Shown here: piece after piece, positions 49,028-59,451 of the stretch
Layout of the letters: the number at the start of each line of letters is the position of its first letter
How positions within the stretch are numbered: the stretch's first letter is position 1
From: Clostridia bacterium
Lineage (GTDB): Bacteria; Bacillota; Clostridia; JAAYHZ01
Reading direction: 5' to 3'
DNA length: 64,000 bases
NCBI GenBank assembly: GCA_050950825.1
Contig: JBMNIH010000004.1
Location: 416,001-480,000, forward strand
The notes under the pieces: model-generated
Seen by the model: the letters and a program-made list of their open reading frames with translations, nothing else
Told to the model about the DNA's origin: nothing
The model's database searches: none
Program-made: the position numbers and the translations under genes

Positions 49028-51190
49028 ATGGATATTATTTTGACATTAAGCAACGAGCTGAACATTAAGAAAGAGCAAGTTATTCAAACGGTTAAGCTGA
49101 TTGACCAAGGGAATACGGTGCCCTTTATCGCACGTTACAGGAAAGAGGTCACCGGGGGTCTGGACGATGTAGTGTTGAGGAAGTTGTTTGACCGACTGTC
49201 CTATCTGAGGAGTCTGGAAGAGCGGCGGGAAACGGTGAAGCGGTTAATCACGGAGCAGGGCAAGATGACCGCCGAAATTTCGGAGAAGCTGGACAAGGCG
49301 ACGATGCTTCGAGATATCGAAGACATATACCGTCCTTTTAAACCGAAAAAGAAGACTCGCGCTACCGAGGCCAAACGCAAAGGGTTGGAACCGTTAGCGG
49401 ATATCCTTTTGAAAAAGGATTTTTCGGGAAGAAGCTTCGAAGAAATCGCCCGGGATTATGTGGATCCGGAAAAAGAAGTGGCAAGCACGGAAGAAGCCAT
49501 ACAAGGTGCTTTGGACATTATAGCCGAAAACTTTTCCGACTCGCCATCCATTCGCAAATACATTCGTACAAGAATGATCAACACCGCCGTTATCAAATGT
49601 ACGAAAAAGAAGGACGAAGATTCGGTTTACGCCATGTACTACGATTACGAGGAACCGGTGAAAACCATCGCCAACCATCGCGTACTGGCGATTAACAGAG
49701 GAGAGAAGGAAGGCTACTTAACTGTAGATATTGAAGCCGACGACTCTCGTATCCTCAGCGGTCTTAAATTAAGACTCTTGTCCGGAGAAGAGGGCGAATG
49801 GAGCGAATACATGGAAAGAGCCCTTACGGATGCCTATTATCGGCTGATTGTTCCGGCTTTGAAAAATGAGATTCGCACCGACCTGCTGAACAAAGCCCAA
49901 GATAAGGCTATGGAAGTGTTCTCGGCGAATCTGAAGAATTTGTTAATGCAGGCTCCGGTAAAGGGGAAGGTGATTATGGGAATCGACCCCGCCTATCGAA
50001 CGGGTTGTAAGATAGCCGTCATTGACAGTACCGGCAAAGTATTGGATACGGCGGTTATGTATCCTACGCCTCCTTTGAAAAAGACCGAAGAAGCGAAAAA
50101 AATAATGTCCGACCTGATAGAAAAACACCATCCGGATATGATCGCCATCGGAAACGGAACGGCTTCCGGAGAAACGGAGATATTTGTTTCGGAATATATT
50201 CGGGAAACGAACTCCGATTTGGTGTATGTCATTGTGAACGAAGCGGGAGCTTCCGTGTACTCGGCTTCCGAGTTGGGTACAAAAGAATTCCCCGATTTCG
50301 ATGTGGCTCTGCGCAGTGCCGTTTCCATTGCACGAAGATTGCAAGATCCTATGGCCGAGCTTGTAAAAATTCCGCCGGAATCCATCGGTGTCGGCCAATA
50401 CCAACATGATATGAACAAAACGAAGCTGGCCCAAACCTTAAAAGGCGTGGTAGAGGATTGCGTAAATCGGGTAGGGGTGGACTTGAATACGGCATCCGCT
50501 TCTTTGCTTTCGTATGTCGCCGGTATCAACAAAAACACGGCCGATAACATCGTGGAATACCGGGAGAAAAACGGACGGTTTACCGAACGCCGGCAGCTTT
50601 TGGACGTACCTCAATTCGGTGAAAAAACATTTGAACAGTGTGCAGGCTTTTTAAGAATATCCGACGGCGAAAACATATTCGATAATACCGGAATTCATCC
50701 GGAGTCTTACGAGGCGGCTAACAAGCTGATCCTGCGCTTGGGGTATACCTTGGACGATGTGAAGAATCACCATATGGAGGATATCGATAAAAAAGTAGAA
50801 GAGATCGGAATTGCCGCTTTAGCGAAGGAAATCAACTGCGGTGTTCCTACCTTAAAGGATATTATTGAGGAGCTGAAGAATCCCGGAAGAGATGTTCGTG
50901 AAGATTTCCCGAGGCCGGTATTCAAAAGAAGGGTCATGGACATCAAAGATTTGGTACCGGGACAAATCATGGAAGGAACCGTCCGCAACATTACGAATTT
51001 CGGTGTGTTTGTGGATATCGGTGTTCATCAAGACGGGTTGGTGCATATTTCCCAGATAAGCGACGCTTTTGTGAAAAATCCCATGAATGTATTGTCCGTC
51101 GGTGAAATTGTAAAGGTCAAAATTTTGGATGTGGACCATGATAAAAAGCGGATCAGTTTGACAATGAAGGATGTTCAACCTGAAGAATAG
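49028..51190 (+). CDS. tex: Tex (transcription accessory) RNA-binding protein
   Basis: TVPFIARYRKE, GIDPAYRTGCK, EAGASVYSAS, IGVGQYQHD, C-terminal S1 domain. Confidence 0.95.
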   Translation: MDIILTLSNELNIKKEQVIQTVKLIDQGNTVPFIARYRKEVTGGLDDVVLRKLFDRLSYLRSLEERRETVKRLITEQGKMTAEISEKLDKATMLRDIEDIYRPFKPKKKTRATEAKRKGLEPLADILLKKDFSGRSFEEIARDYVDPEKEVASTEEAIQGALDIIAENFSDSPSIRKYIRTRMINTAVIKCTKKKDEDSVYAMYYDYEEPVKTIANHRVLAINRGEKEGYLTVDIEADDSRILSGLKLRLLSGEEGEWSEYMERALTDAYYRLIVPALKNEIRTDLLNKAQDKAMEVFSANLKNLLMQAPVKGKVIMGIDPAYRTGCKIAVIDSTGKVLDTAVMYPTPPLKKTEEAKKIMSDLIEKHHPDMIAIGNGTASGETEIFVSEYIRETNSDLVYVIVNEAGASVYSASELGTKEFPDFDVALRSAVSIARRLQDPMAELVKIPPESIGVGQYQHDMNKTKLAQTLKGVVEDCVNRVGVDLNTASASLLSYVAGINKNTADNIVEYREKNGRFTERRQLLDVPQFGEKTFEQCAGFLRISDGENIFDNTGIHPESYEAANKLILRLGYTLDDVKNHHMEDIDKKVEEIGIAALAKEINCGVPTLKDIIEELKNPGRDVREDFPRPVFKRRVMDIKDLVPGQIMEGTVRNITNFGVFVDIGVHQDGLVHISQISDAFVKNPMNVLSVGEIVKVKILDVDHDKKRISLTMKDVQPEE

Positions 51191-51208
51191 ACGAAAGGAA
51201 TTTGGGGT

Positions 51209-52516
51209 TTGCAGTACGCTTTCGTTCGCAAAAAAACGTCTTACCAAAAAGGGACGGATGTTTGGAAAGAATTCGATGAGATTATAGATTTTGATTTCGG
51301 ATTCGGCTGTTTTGAGCCGGAATCCGACCATGAAGTCGATTTGTGCATAAAAGAGGCGGCGGATAAGGGAATAAAAGGTCTTAGTATCGCCGCTCCTTTG
51401 CAATATCGAGCTTTTCAGAGTACGGACCTTTTGTCCGAAGAAGCGATGAAAACCGGCTTGGCGGACACCGTCCGAATCGAAAACGGTGTGTCCGTCGGCT
51501 ACAACACCGAATACTTCGGGTTTTTGAAAGCGTTATCGAGAACCGGTCTGGACCTTACCGGAAAGAAGGTGTTGGTTACAGGATACTCCTGCTCCTTGAA
51601 TACGGTCGTTGCGGCTTTAAAGGATCTAAATGTGTCCGAAACGGTCATTGCCTCCATCGATAAAAAAAGATACTCGGCAAAGTTTCCCGATTGTACGGTT
51701 ATTCATGAGGAGGAACCGGTCAAAGGCAAGGATTTCGCATTGTTTGTAAACTGCGGGCCGGTGGGCATGTTTCCGGATACCGGGTCCGTTCCTGCCGCTT
51801 ATGACTTATCCGCGGATTCTATAGATTGCGTTATCGACTTGGTCTATCATCCGTGGGATACCGCATTGGTGAAAAAAGCAAGAAAAAAGGGAAAAAACGT
51901 TCAAAACGGTATGTGGACCGCCGTATACCAAACGTTAAAAGCATTTGAAATATGGACCGGAACGAGACAAACGGAGGAGTTAGCCGAAGAGCTTTTTTAT
52001 CGTATGAAGAAAAAAGCGGGAGACTGCATCGTGTTAATCGGAATGCCCGGAAGCGGTAAATCCACGGTGGGAAGAACGCTGGCAAAAACCTTGGACATGG
52101 AATTTGTTGATACCGATGAGTACATCGAATCTTTTTACGGCCAAATAGCGGACCTGTTCGACATAGGGGAAGAATTTTTCCGTCAAATCGAGACACGTAC
52201 ATTAAAGCAGTTGTCTTACGGTAATTCCATGGTGATATCCACGGGAGGGGGCATCGTTACCCGGGAAGAAAACATCCCCTTATTGAAAAATGCCGGTAAG
52301 GTATTTTTCTTGGATCGATCGCCGGAATTGATCATACAAAACGAGGAGCTAAAAAACCGTCCTTTACTGGCGGGAGAAGATCGATACGAGAAGTTAATGA
52401 GGCTGTATCGCCAAAGGATCGATCTTTACCGTAAGGCCGCCGATTATATAATCAACAACGACCGGGGAATCTTTCAGACGGTGCAAGCCATAAAGGAACA
52501 CTTGCAAGAAAGGTAA
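51209..52516 (+). CDS. aroK: Shikimate dehydrogenase-like plus shikimate kinase fusion
   Basis: AroE-like GYNTEYFGF, PVGMFP, DLVYHP, then AroK GMPGSGKST, FVDTD, GEEFFR, STGGG, RPLL. Start uncertain. Confidence 0.85.
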   Translation: MQYAFVRKKTSYQKGTDVWKEFDEIIDFDFGFGCFEPESDHEVDLCIKEAADKGIKGLSIAAPLQYRAFQSTDLLSEEAMKTGLADTVRIENGVSVGYNTEYFGFLKALSRTGLDLTGKKVLVTGYSCSLNTVVAALKDLNVSETVIASIDKKRYSAKFPDCTVIHEEEPVKGKDFALFVNCGPVGMFPDTGSVPAAYDLSADSIDCVIDLVYHPWDTALVKKARKKGKNVQNGMWTAVYQTLKAFEIWTGTRQTEELAEELFYRMKKKAGDCIVLIGMPGSGKSTVGRTLAKTLDMEFVDTDEYIESFYGQIADLFDIGEEFFRQIETRTLKQLSYGNSMVISTGGGIVTREENIPLLKNAGKVFFLDRSPELIIQNEELKNRPLLAGEDRYEKLMRLYRQRIDLYRKAADYIINNDRGIFQTVQAIKEHLQER

Positions 52517-52693
52517 TGGGAGCTTCTCTTAAAAGCCTTGATTTTTACGAAATGTTCTATGTTTATGATATTTACAATCCAAATTTCCTGTGGTAGAATT
52601 GCTAAATATTAAAGAAACTTCGTTACGATACCAAACATCTAAGCTTAGTGTTTGATATCTTCTTTTTTAAATAACACAATAGGAAGGGTTACC

Positions 52694-54382
52694 ATGAATT
52701 TATTAGACAAATATGTAAGCAGAATAGAGTACGAAAGTTACGAGGATTTTGCCGAAAATTTCTCAATAAAGGTTCCGGACCGGTTCAACTTTGCTTATGA
52801 TGTCGTGGACGAATATGCGTTAAAATGCCCGGAAAAAAGAGCCATGGTTTGGTGTGACGACTACGGCTTGGAGAAAACCTTTCATTTCGGCGAATTAAAG
52901 GAACTCAGCGACAAGGCTGCCGCCTATTTTCAAAGCTTAGGGATTAAAAAAGGCGATAAGGTTATGCTCATACTGAAGCGCCGATATGAGTTTTGGTATA
53001 TTATCATTGCCTTACATAAAATCGGAGCCATCGGTATTCCTGCAACCCACCTGTTAAGAAAAAAAGATATCATTTATCGTATTGAAGCCGCAGGTATTAA
53101 AACCATTGTATGTATTAATGAAAATGAGATCGTACATGAAGTGGAATTGGCGGTGAAAGAATCCGAAGGGGTAGAAAACCTGGTCATGGTGGCCGGAGAA
53201 AAAGAAGGGTGGATGTCCTTTGAAAAGGAAATGTCCCTTACGGATAAAGAATTCCTTCGACCGACAGGTGACGATTATCCGGGCGGAGAAGATATCATGC
53301 TGCTGTATTTCACCTCCGGTACAACGGGAATGCCGAAAATGGTATTGCACGATTTTAATTATCCTTTGGCTCATATTGTAACGGCGAAGTATTGGCACTG
53401 CTGTATCGATGACGGACTCCACTTTACCATATCCGATACCGGCTGGATGAAGTCCATGTGGGGAAAGCTCTACGGACAATGGATCGCAGGGTCCGCGGTT
53501 TTAGTCTACGATATGGAAAAGTTCATCGCCGACAAGGTCCTTCGGATCATGGAGAAATACAAGGTGACGACTTTTTGCGCGCCGCCTACCATGTATCGAT
53601 TCTTTATTAAAGAAGATTTGTCCGCTTATGATTTTTCGAACGTAAAGCACTGTACCATTGCAGGAGAGCCCCTGAATCCTGAAGTATACTACCAATGGTT
53701 AAAAGGTACGGGATTAAAATGCTATGAAGGATACGGCCAAACCGAATTAACCCTTGCTATTGCCAATTTCCCTTGGATGGAACCGAAGCCGGGATCCATG
53801 GGACTTGCAAGCCCCATTTACGATGTGGATTTGGTAGATGAAAACGGCGAATCTTGTATTCCCGGCCAAGAAGGGCAAGTCGTTCTAAGAACAAAGACCA
53901 AAAGATTGGGAGTTTATAAAGGGTATTATAAAGACGAAGAATTGACCAAAAGCGTATGGCACGACGATGTATACCATACCGGTGACATGGCTTACCGCGA
54001 TGAAGACGGATACTATTGGTTTGTAGGCCGTGCCGACGATGTTATAAAAAGCTCCGGATACCGAATCGGTCCCTTTGAAGTGGAAAGCGCTTTGATTCAA
54101 CACAAGGCCGTTTTGGAATGCGCCATAACCGCCGCTCCGGACGAAATCCGCGGACAGGTGGTCAAAGCCACCGTTGTTTTGACGAAGGGTTATACCCCCT
54201 CTGAAGCGCTGGTTAAAGAGCTGCAGGAGCATGTAAAAAATATTACGGCACCCTACAAATATCCGAGAATCATCGAGTTTGTCGATGAGTTGCCGAAGAC
54301 CATCAGCGGTAAAATTCAAAGAAACATAATCAAGAAAAAAACCTACGAAGAAAAAGGAATCAACCTGAATCATAAGGAGTAA
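52694..54382 (+). CDS. Acyl-CoA synthetase (AMP-binding enzyme)
   Basis: [36 protein letters not shown]. Confidence 0.92.
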   Translation: MNLLDKYVSRIEYESYEDFAENFSIKVPDRFNFAYDVVDEYALKCPEKRAMVWCDDYGLEKTFHFGELKELSDKAAAYFQSLGIKKGDKVMLILKRRYEFWYIIIALHKIGAIGIPATHLLRKKDIIYRIEAAGIKTIVCINENEIVHEVELAVKESEGVENLVMVAGEKEGWMSFEKEMSLTDKEFLRPTGDDYPGGEDIMLLYFTSGTTGMPKMVLHDFNYPLAHIVTAKYWHCCIDDGLHFTISDTGWMKSMWGKLYGQWIAGSAVLVYDMEKFIADKVLRIMEKYKVTTFCAPPTMYRFFIKEDLSAYDFSNVKHCTIAGEPLNPEVYYQWLKGTGLKCYEGYGQTELTLAIANFPWMEPKPGSMGLASPIYDVDLVDENGESCIPGQEGQVVLRTKTKRLGVYKGYYKDEELTKSVWHDDVYHTGDMAYRDEDGYYWFVGRADDVIKSSGYRIGPFEVESALIQHKAVLECAITAAPDEIRGQVVKATVVLTKGYTPSEALVKELQEHVKNITAPYKYPRIIEFVDELPKTISGKIQRNIIKKKTYEEKGINLNHKE

Positions 54383-54392
54383 AGCGACGACC

Positions 54393-54426
54393 AACGGGCG
54401 GGTGAATACCGCCCGTTTGCAGTTTT
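54393..54426 (+). terminator. Intrinsic terminator
   Basis: AACGGGCGG/CCGCCCGTT stem plus a T-rich tail. Confidence 0.65.
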
Positions 54427-54733
54427 AAATGACAAAGACGAGCAATCGTCTTTCATTTTTTTATCTGCTGTTTTAAAATAGGAAATCATGCTATAATGAT
54501 GATACAAGAAATTTTTGCTAATATTGATATTGCAAAGCGATAAGCCTTTGAATAAAAAGGATTTCGAATAAACGGTCCGCAAAGGATACGAAAAAAGGTC
54601 AAAGGACCATTCAAAAAGCATCCGAAAAAAAGAGTTATGATTTAAAAAGAGATTGTGCTAACCGTGGACGCTTTCAAAGCATCTTAGGTATTGCAATTTA
54701 TTCGATAAATTTTTGTTTAGAAAGGGTTATGCG

Positions 54734-57700
54734 ATGGAAAAAGTTAAAAGGGTTTATGTGAAAAAAAGAGAAGGGTTTGATACGGATTCTCAAACTCTTC
54801 TTCGGGAATTGAAGTTTTTATTCGGCTTGCCGGGTTTAAAGGAATTGGCTATCGTCAACCGATATGATGTGGAAAACACGGATGAGGCGACGTTCCGAGA
54901 AGCCGTAAAAACGATCTTTTCCGATCCCGGAACGGATCTTGTATTTTTCGATATCGAGGATGAATTGAAAAAAGCGAAAAGATATCTTCCCGTTGAATAT
55001 TTGGACGGTCAATACGACCAAAGAGAAGACTACGCCGTTCAATGCTTGCGGCTACTGAGCGGACAAGACGGGCCTTGCGTGGAAGCCGCTAAGATTTATC
55101 TTTTCTACGGAGACATTTCGGAAGACGAGTTTGATAAGATAAAGTCCCACATTGTGAATCCTTTGGATGCAAGAATTGCTTCCATGGACCTGCCCGACAC
55201 CTTAAAGAACCGTTATCTTGTGCCGGATAAGGTGGAAAAAGTGGAAGGCTTCTTATCGATGACAAAGGAACAATTGGAAGAATATCTGACAAAGAACGTC
55301 TTGGTCATGACGCTTGAGGATCTATTGTTTGTACAAGCCTATTTTCGCGATACGGAGAAAAGAGATCCGTCAATTACGGAAATCAAAGTGCTGGATACAT
55401 ACTGGTCGGACCATTGCCGTCATACAACCTTCAACACCGTCATCGAATCCGTTACTTTTGACGACGGAGTCGTTTCGGAACGAATCAAGGAATCGTATGA
55501 AAAGTATCTGAATATACGAAATGTCGTTTATAAAGAAAAGAAGAAGGACCTATGCCTGATGGATCTTGCCGTCATCGGCATGAAATACCTCAGACAAAAC
55601 GGTTTGCTAGAGGATTTAGAGGTATCCGAAGAGGTTAATGCCTGCAGTATTCGAGTCGAAGCCGATGTAAACGGCCAAAAAGAAGAATGGCTTGTGATGT
55701 TTAAAAACGAAACCCACAACCATCCCACCGAGTTCGAGCCTTTCGGCGGGGCATCCACCTGTTTAGGCGGAGCCATTCGAGATCCCTTGTCCGGAAGATC
55801 TTACGTATACCAAGCCATGAGGATAACGGGAGCATCGGATCCTTTCCAAAAGTTTGATGATACGCTGCCCGGAAAACTGCCTCAGTACAAAATCACCACA
55901 ACGGCGGCCAAGGGATACAGCTCTTACGGCAATCAAATCGGAATATCCTCCGGATATTTAAACGAATGGTATCATCCCGGTTTTACGGCCAAGAGGATGG
56001 AGCTAGGTGCCGTCATCAGTGCGGCGCCGGCGAAGAATGTGGTAAGAAGAAGGCCGGAAAAAGGGGATGTGGTGATTTACTTAGGAGGGCGTACGGGACG
56101 TGACGGTATCGGCGGAGCCACCGGTTCTTCCAAAGAACACGATGAAGAAAGCTTTGCCTCGGCGGGAGCCGAAGTTCAAAAAGGAAATCCTCTCATTGAG
56201 CGCAATATCCTGCGGCTGTTTCGCGACGAAAAAATCTCCCGCATGATTATCAAATGCAATGATTTCGGTGCGGGAGGGGTGTCCGTTGCCATCGGTGAAT
56301 TGGCCGACGGCTTGGATATATTCTTAGACAAGGTTCCTCCCAAGTACGAAGGAATGGACGGAACCGAGCTTGCTTTGTCCGAATCCCAAGAGCGGATGGC
56401 CGTGGTTGTCAGCGAAAAGGACGCGGAAGCCTTTATTCAAGCGGCGTACGCTGAAAATCTGGAAGCGGTAGTCGTGGCACATGTTACGGATCTTAACCGC
56501 ATGAGAATGTTCTGGAAGGGTCAAACCATTGTGGATCTTTCTCGCGATTTTATTGCCACCAACGGTACGGGGCAAAAAACAACGGTCCATGTTGCGGAAC
56601 CCGTTAAAGACAGCTATTTCAAAGAAAAGAAAGCGAGTTTCAATGATCTGAAGGATGTATTGGCATCTTTGAATACCTGTTCTCGTAAAGGCTTGATCGA
56701 AATGTTCGATTCTACCGTAGGAGCGGCTACCGTATTGGCGCCGTTAGGAGGCAAATACGGCTTGACGCCTCAAGAAGGAATGGCTGCCAAATTGCCGGTT
56801 CTCGATGGAGACACGAATACCTGCACGGTGATGACCTACGGATACGACCCCTTTATCGGCGAATGGAGTCCGTACCACGGTGCGGCTTATGCGGTGGTCG
56901 AATCTTTGGCCAAAATGGTTGCGTTAGGATGCGACTGGAGAAAAACCCGATTGAGCTTCCAAGAATATTTTGAAAAGCTGATGAAAGACCCTATAAAGTG
57001 GGGCAAGCCCTTCTCCGCCTTGTTGGGCGCTTTTGAAGCCCAAATCGCATTGGGGATACCCTCCGTCGGCGGTAAAGACAGTATGTCCGGATCCTTTATG
57101 GACCGAAACGTACCTCCTACATTAGTGTCCTTTGCCGTTTGCACGGCCGATTGCAATCGTATTCGTTCAAGCGAATTGAAGAAGGCCGGCAGCATTTTAT
57201 ATTGGGTAAGAACAAAGAAGGACCATACCGGGGTACCGGATTACGAAGCTTTGGCAAAAACTTGGGATGCCATCGCTTCCGTTAAGGAAGGCATTATCTC
57301 TGCTGCGGTGGTCAAAGGAGCGGGTGTTCTTGAAACCGTTGCAAGAACGGCTTTCGGCAACCGCTTAGGTGTCCGTATTGAAGACACGACAGAAGAAAGG
57401 CTGCTGTTTGCTCCGGATATCGGGTCGCTGTTGCTCGAAGCGGAATCCGACATGGTCTTCCCGTCGGATACGGAAGTCGTCAAGATCGGTACCGTCGTTG
57501 ATGAGCCTTGTATTTATTATAAAGACAAAAAGTTATCCTTGGAAGAAGCATTGAAGGCTTGGGAAAGCACATTAGAGCCCGTATTCCCCACAAGGAAAGA
57601 AACTTTCAAAAAGACGGATTCGGAATATTCCAAACTGTCATTAAAAGGGTATAATGAAAGAAAAGGCACGGCTTCGAAGATCAAAGCGTCAAAGCCGAAG

Positions 57701-58489
57701 GTTTTTCTGCCCGTACTTCCCGGAACCAACGGCGAATACGACGTAAGAAAAGCATTTGAAAAAGCGGGAGCATCGGTGTTCGAGCTTGTGTTCCGCTCTT
57801 TAACCGCCGATGACATAAAGAACAGTATCGAAGATACGGTTCAAGCCATTAAACGGTGCCAAATCCTGACGCTGCCGGGCGGCGCAACCGCCGGGGACGA
57901 ACCGGACGGAGCGGGTAAATTCATGGCGATCCTTTTAAGGAACCCGTATATCGAAGAAGCCGTGAAGGACTTGTTGGAAAACAGAGACGGATTGGTTTTA
58001 GGGATCGGAAACGGATTCCAAGGTCTCTTAAAATCGGGACTTTTGCCGTACGGGGAAATAAGGGAGATGAAAGAGGATTCTCCTGTTCTGGCTAAGAATT
58101 CTTGCGGAAGACATGCATCCTGCATCGTACAAACGAAGGTGATATCCGTCATGTCTCCCTGGTTCTTAAAATGCAGCATAGGAGATATTTATACTTCCGT
58201 TTACTCGGCTTCGGAAGGACGTTTTGTCGCTTCGGAAAAGGATCTTTCGGAAATGATGAAAAACGGCCAAATTGCAACGGCATATGCGGATTTGTCCGGT
58301 CAAGTTTCCGACGATCCGGAATACAACCCCGGAGGGGCTGTAGGAGGAATCGAAGGCATAACTTCACCGAACGGCAGGATTTTAGGTATCATGACGCATC
58401 CGGAGAGAATCGGTAAGGATTTGTGTATCAATGTACCGGGCAACAAGGATGTACCGATATTTGAATCCGGTGTTGCGTATTTTAAATAA
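54734..58489 (+). CDS. purL: Phosphoribosylformylglycinamidine synthase (large single-chain type)
   Basis: YWSDHCRH, KNETHNHPT, DFGAGG, SESQERM, GGKDSMS, C-terminal glutaminase-like domain with HPER. Confidence 0.93.
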   Translation: MEKVKRVYVKKREGFDTDSQTLLRELKFLFGLPGLKELAIVNRYDVENTDEATFREAVKTIFSDPGTDLVFFDIEDELKKAKRYLPVEYLDGQYDQREDYAVQCLRLLSGQDGPCVEAAKIYLFYGDISEDEFDKIKSHIVNPLDARIASMDLPDTLKNRYLVPDKVEKVEGFLSMTKEQLEEYLTKNVLVMTLEDLLFVQAYFRDTEKRDPSITEIKVLDTYWSDHCRHTTFNTVIESVTFDDGVVSERIKESYEKYLNIRNVVYKEKKKDLCLMDLAVIGMKYLRQNGLLEDLEVSEEVNACSIRVEADVNGQKEEWLVMFKNETHNHPTEFEPFGGASTCLGGAIRDPLSGRSYVYQAMRITGASDPFQKFDDTLPGKLPQYKITTTAAKGYSSYGNQIGISSGYLNEWYHPGFTAKRMELGAVISAAPAKNVVRRRPEKGDVVIYLGGRTGRDGIGGATGSSKEHDEESFASAGAEVQKGNPLIERNILRLFRDEKISRMIIKCNDFGAGGVSVAIGELADGLDIFLDKVPPKYEGMDGTELALSESQERMAVVVSEKDAEAFIQAAYAENLEAVVVAHVTDLNRMRMFWKGQTIVDLSRDFIATNGTGQKTTVHVAEPVKDSYFKEKKASFNDLKDVLASLNTCSRKGLIEMFDSTVGAATVLAPLGGKYGLTPQEGMAAKLPVLDGDTNTCTVMTYGYDPFIGEWSPYHGAAYAVVESLAKMVALGCDWRKTRLSFQEYFEKLMKDPIKWGKPFSALLGAFEAQIALGIPSVGGKDSMSGSFMDRNVPPTLVSFAVCTADCNRIRSSELKKAGSILYWVRTKKDHTGVPDYEALAKTWDAIASVKEGIISAAVVKGAGVLETVARTAFGNRLGVRIEDTTEERLLFAPDIGSLLLEAESDMVFPSDTEVVKIGTVVDEPCIYYKDKKLSLEEALKAWESTLEPVFPTRKETFKKTDSEYSKLSLKGYNERKGTASKIKASKPKVFLPVLPGTNGEYDVRKAFEKAGASVFELVFRSLTADDIKNSIEDTVQAIKRCQILTLPGGATAGDEPDGAGKFMAILLRNPYIEEAVKDLLENRDGLVLGIGNGFQGLLKSGLLPYGEIREMKEDSPVLAKNSCGRHASCIVQTKVISVMSPWFLKCSIGDIYTSVYSASEGRFVASEKDLSEMMKNGQIATAYADLSGQVSDDPEYNPGGAVGGIEGITSPNGRILGIMTHPERIGKDLCINVPGNKDVPIFESGVAYFK

Positions 58490-58520
58490 ATAAATATATT
58501 AAAAAATGGAGTGAGGGATT

Positions 58521-58991
58521 ATGGCGAAGGAGATTATGCGAAGAACGGCTTCCGACAACGAGTATCTGCACAAGGACTTTCATGCATCCATGAATATCGG
58601 ATTGGAATTTTTGCGGAAGAACTACGGTAAAGAAGGCGTAATCGATTATTTAAAAACTTTCACAAAAAAATATCATGCTCCTTTGACGGAAGGGTTAAAA
58701 AAAGAGGGGTTAAAGGTTTTGAAGGATTACTTTCAAAAAATCTATGAAGCGGAAAAAGCCCCTTGTACCATCGAGTACGAGGAAGATTGCATGATCGTTA
58801 AGATCGATGAATGTCCCGCTTTAAAGCATTTAAGGGAGATGAACGTAGCTCCTTCGCCGTATTACGAATACACGACGCTTACCGTGTATGAAACCGTTTG
58901 CGAAGGAACGCCCTTTGCTTTCGAATGTGTTGAGTACGATCGTATAACCGGAAAAAGCATATTAAAATTTTACAGGAGGGATAAGATATGA
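58521..58991 (+). CDS. Hypothetical protein, possible V4R/ATC-hydrolase-like fold
   Basis: NEYLHKDFH, IDECPA motif, RBS GAGGG. Confidence 0.55.
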   Translation: MAKEIMRRTASDNEYLHKDFHASMNIGLEFLRKNYGKEGVIDYLKTFTKKYHAPLTEGLKKEGLKVLKDYFQKIYEAEKAPCTIEYEEDCMIVKIDECPALKHLREMNVAPSPYYEYTTLTVYETVCEGTPFAFECVEYDRITGKSILKFYRRDKI

Positions 58992-59425
58992 TATCCTGTA
59001 CGGAATTCATACCGGCTTACAGCGAACTGTTTAAGTATTTGGAACAAAGAGACGGCAAGAAAAAGGTGCTTGAATTTTGGGAAACCATATCCGATGAATA
59101 TTTGAAGGACAGCCTGAAAAAGTGCGTGGAAGAAGCCGGCATTCGAGGATGCTGGAATTATTGGTCCCGTTCCCTGAATGAAGAAGCTGCCGATTTTACC
59201 ATGACATTGGACGAAGAAAACGGAGAATTTACCATTGTCATGCATGCATGTCCTTCGAAAGGAATGCTATTGAATCTCGGCTACATGGAACCCTATCGTG
59301 ACTACTGCGAGCATTGCGATGTGCTGTACAGAAGAGTGTTGGAGCCTTTAGGCTATGAGTATATATTCGACGACAGCGAATGCGACCAAGCCAAGTGCAA
59401 TATAAAGATACGTAAAATCAAGTGA
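58988..59425 (+). CDS. Hypothetical Cys-rich protein, possible V4R/ATC-hydrolase-like fold
   Basis: HACPSKG, YCEHC, AKC. Overlaps the previous stop; GGAGG RBS. Confidence 0.6.
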   Translation: MISCTEFIPAYSELFKYLEQRDGKKKVLEFWETISDEYLKDSLKKCVEEAGIRGCWNYWSRSLNEEAADFTMTLDEENGEFTIVMHACPSKGMLLNLGYMEPYRDYCEHCDVLYRRVLEPLGYEYIFDDSECDQAKCNIKIRKIK

Positions 59426-59451
59426 AAAATAATTCGATGGAGAGTGATACT

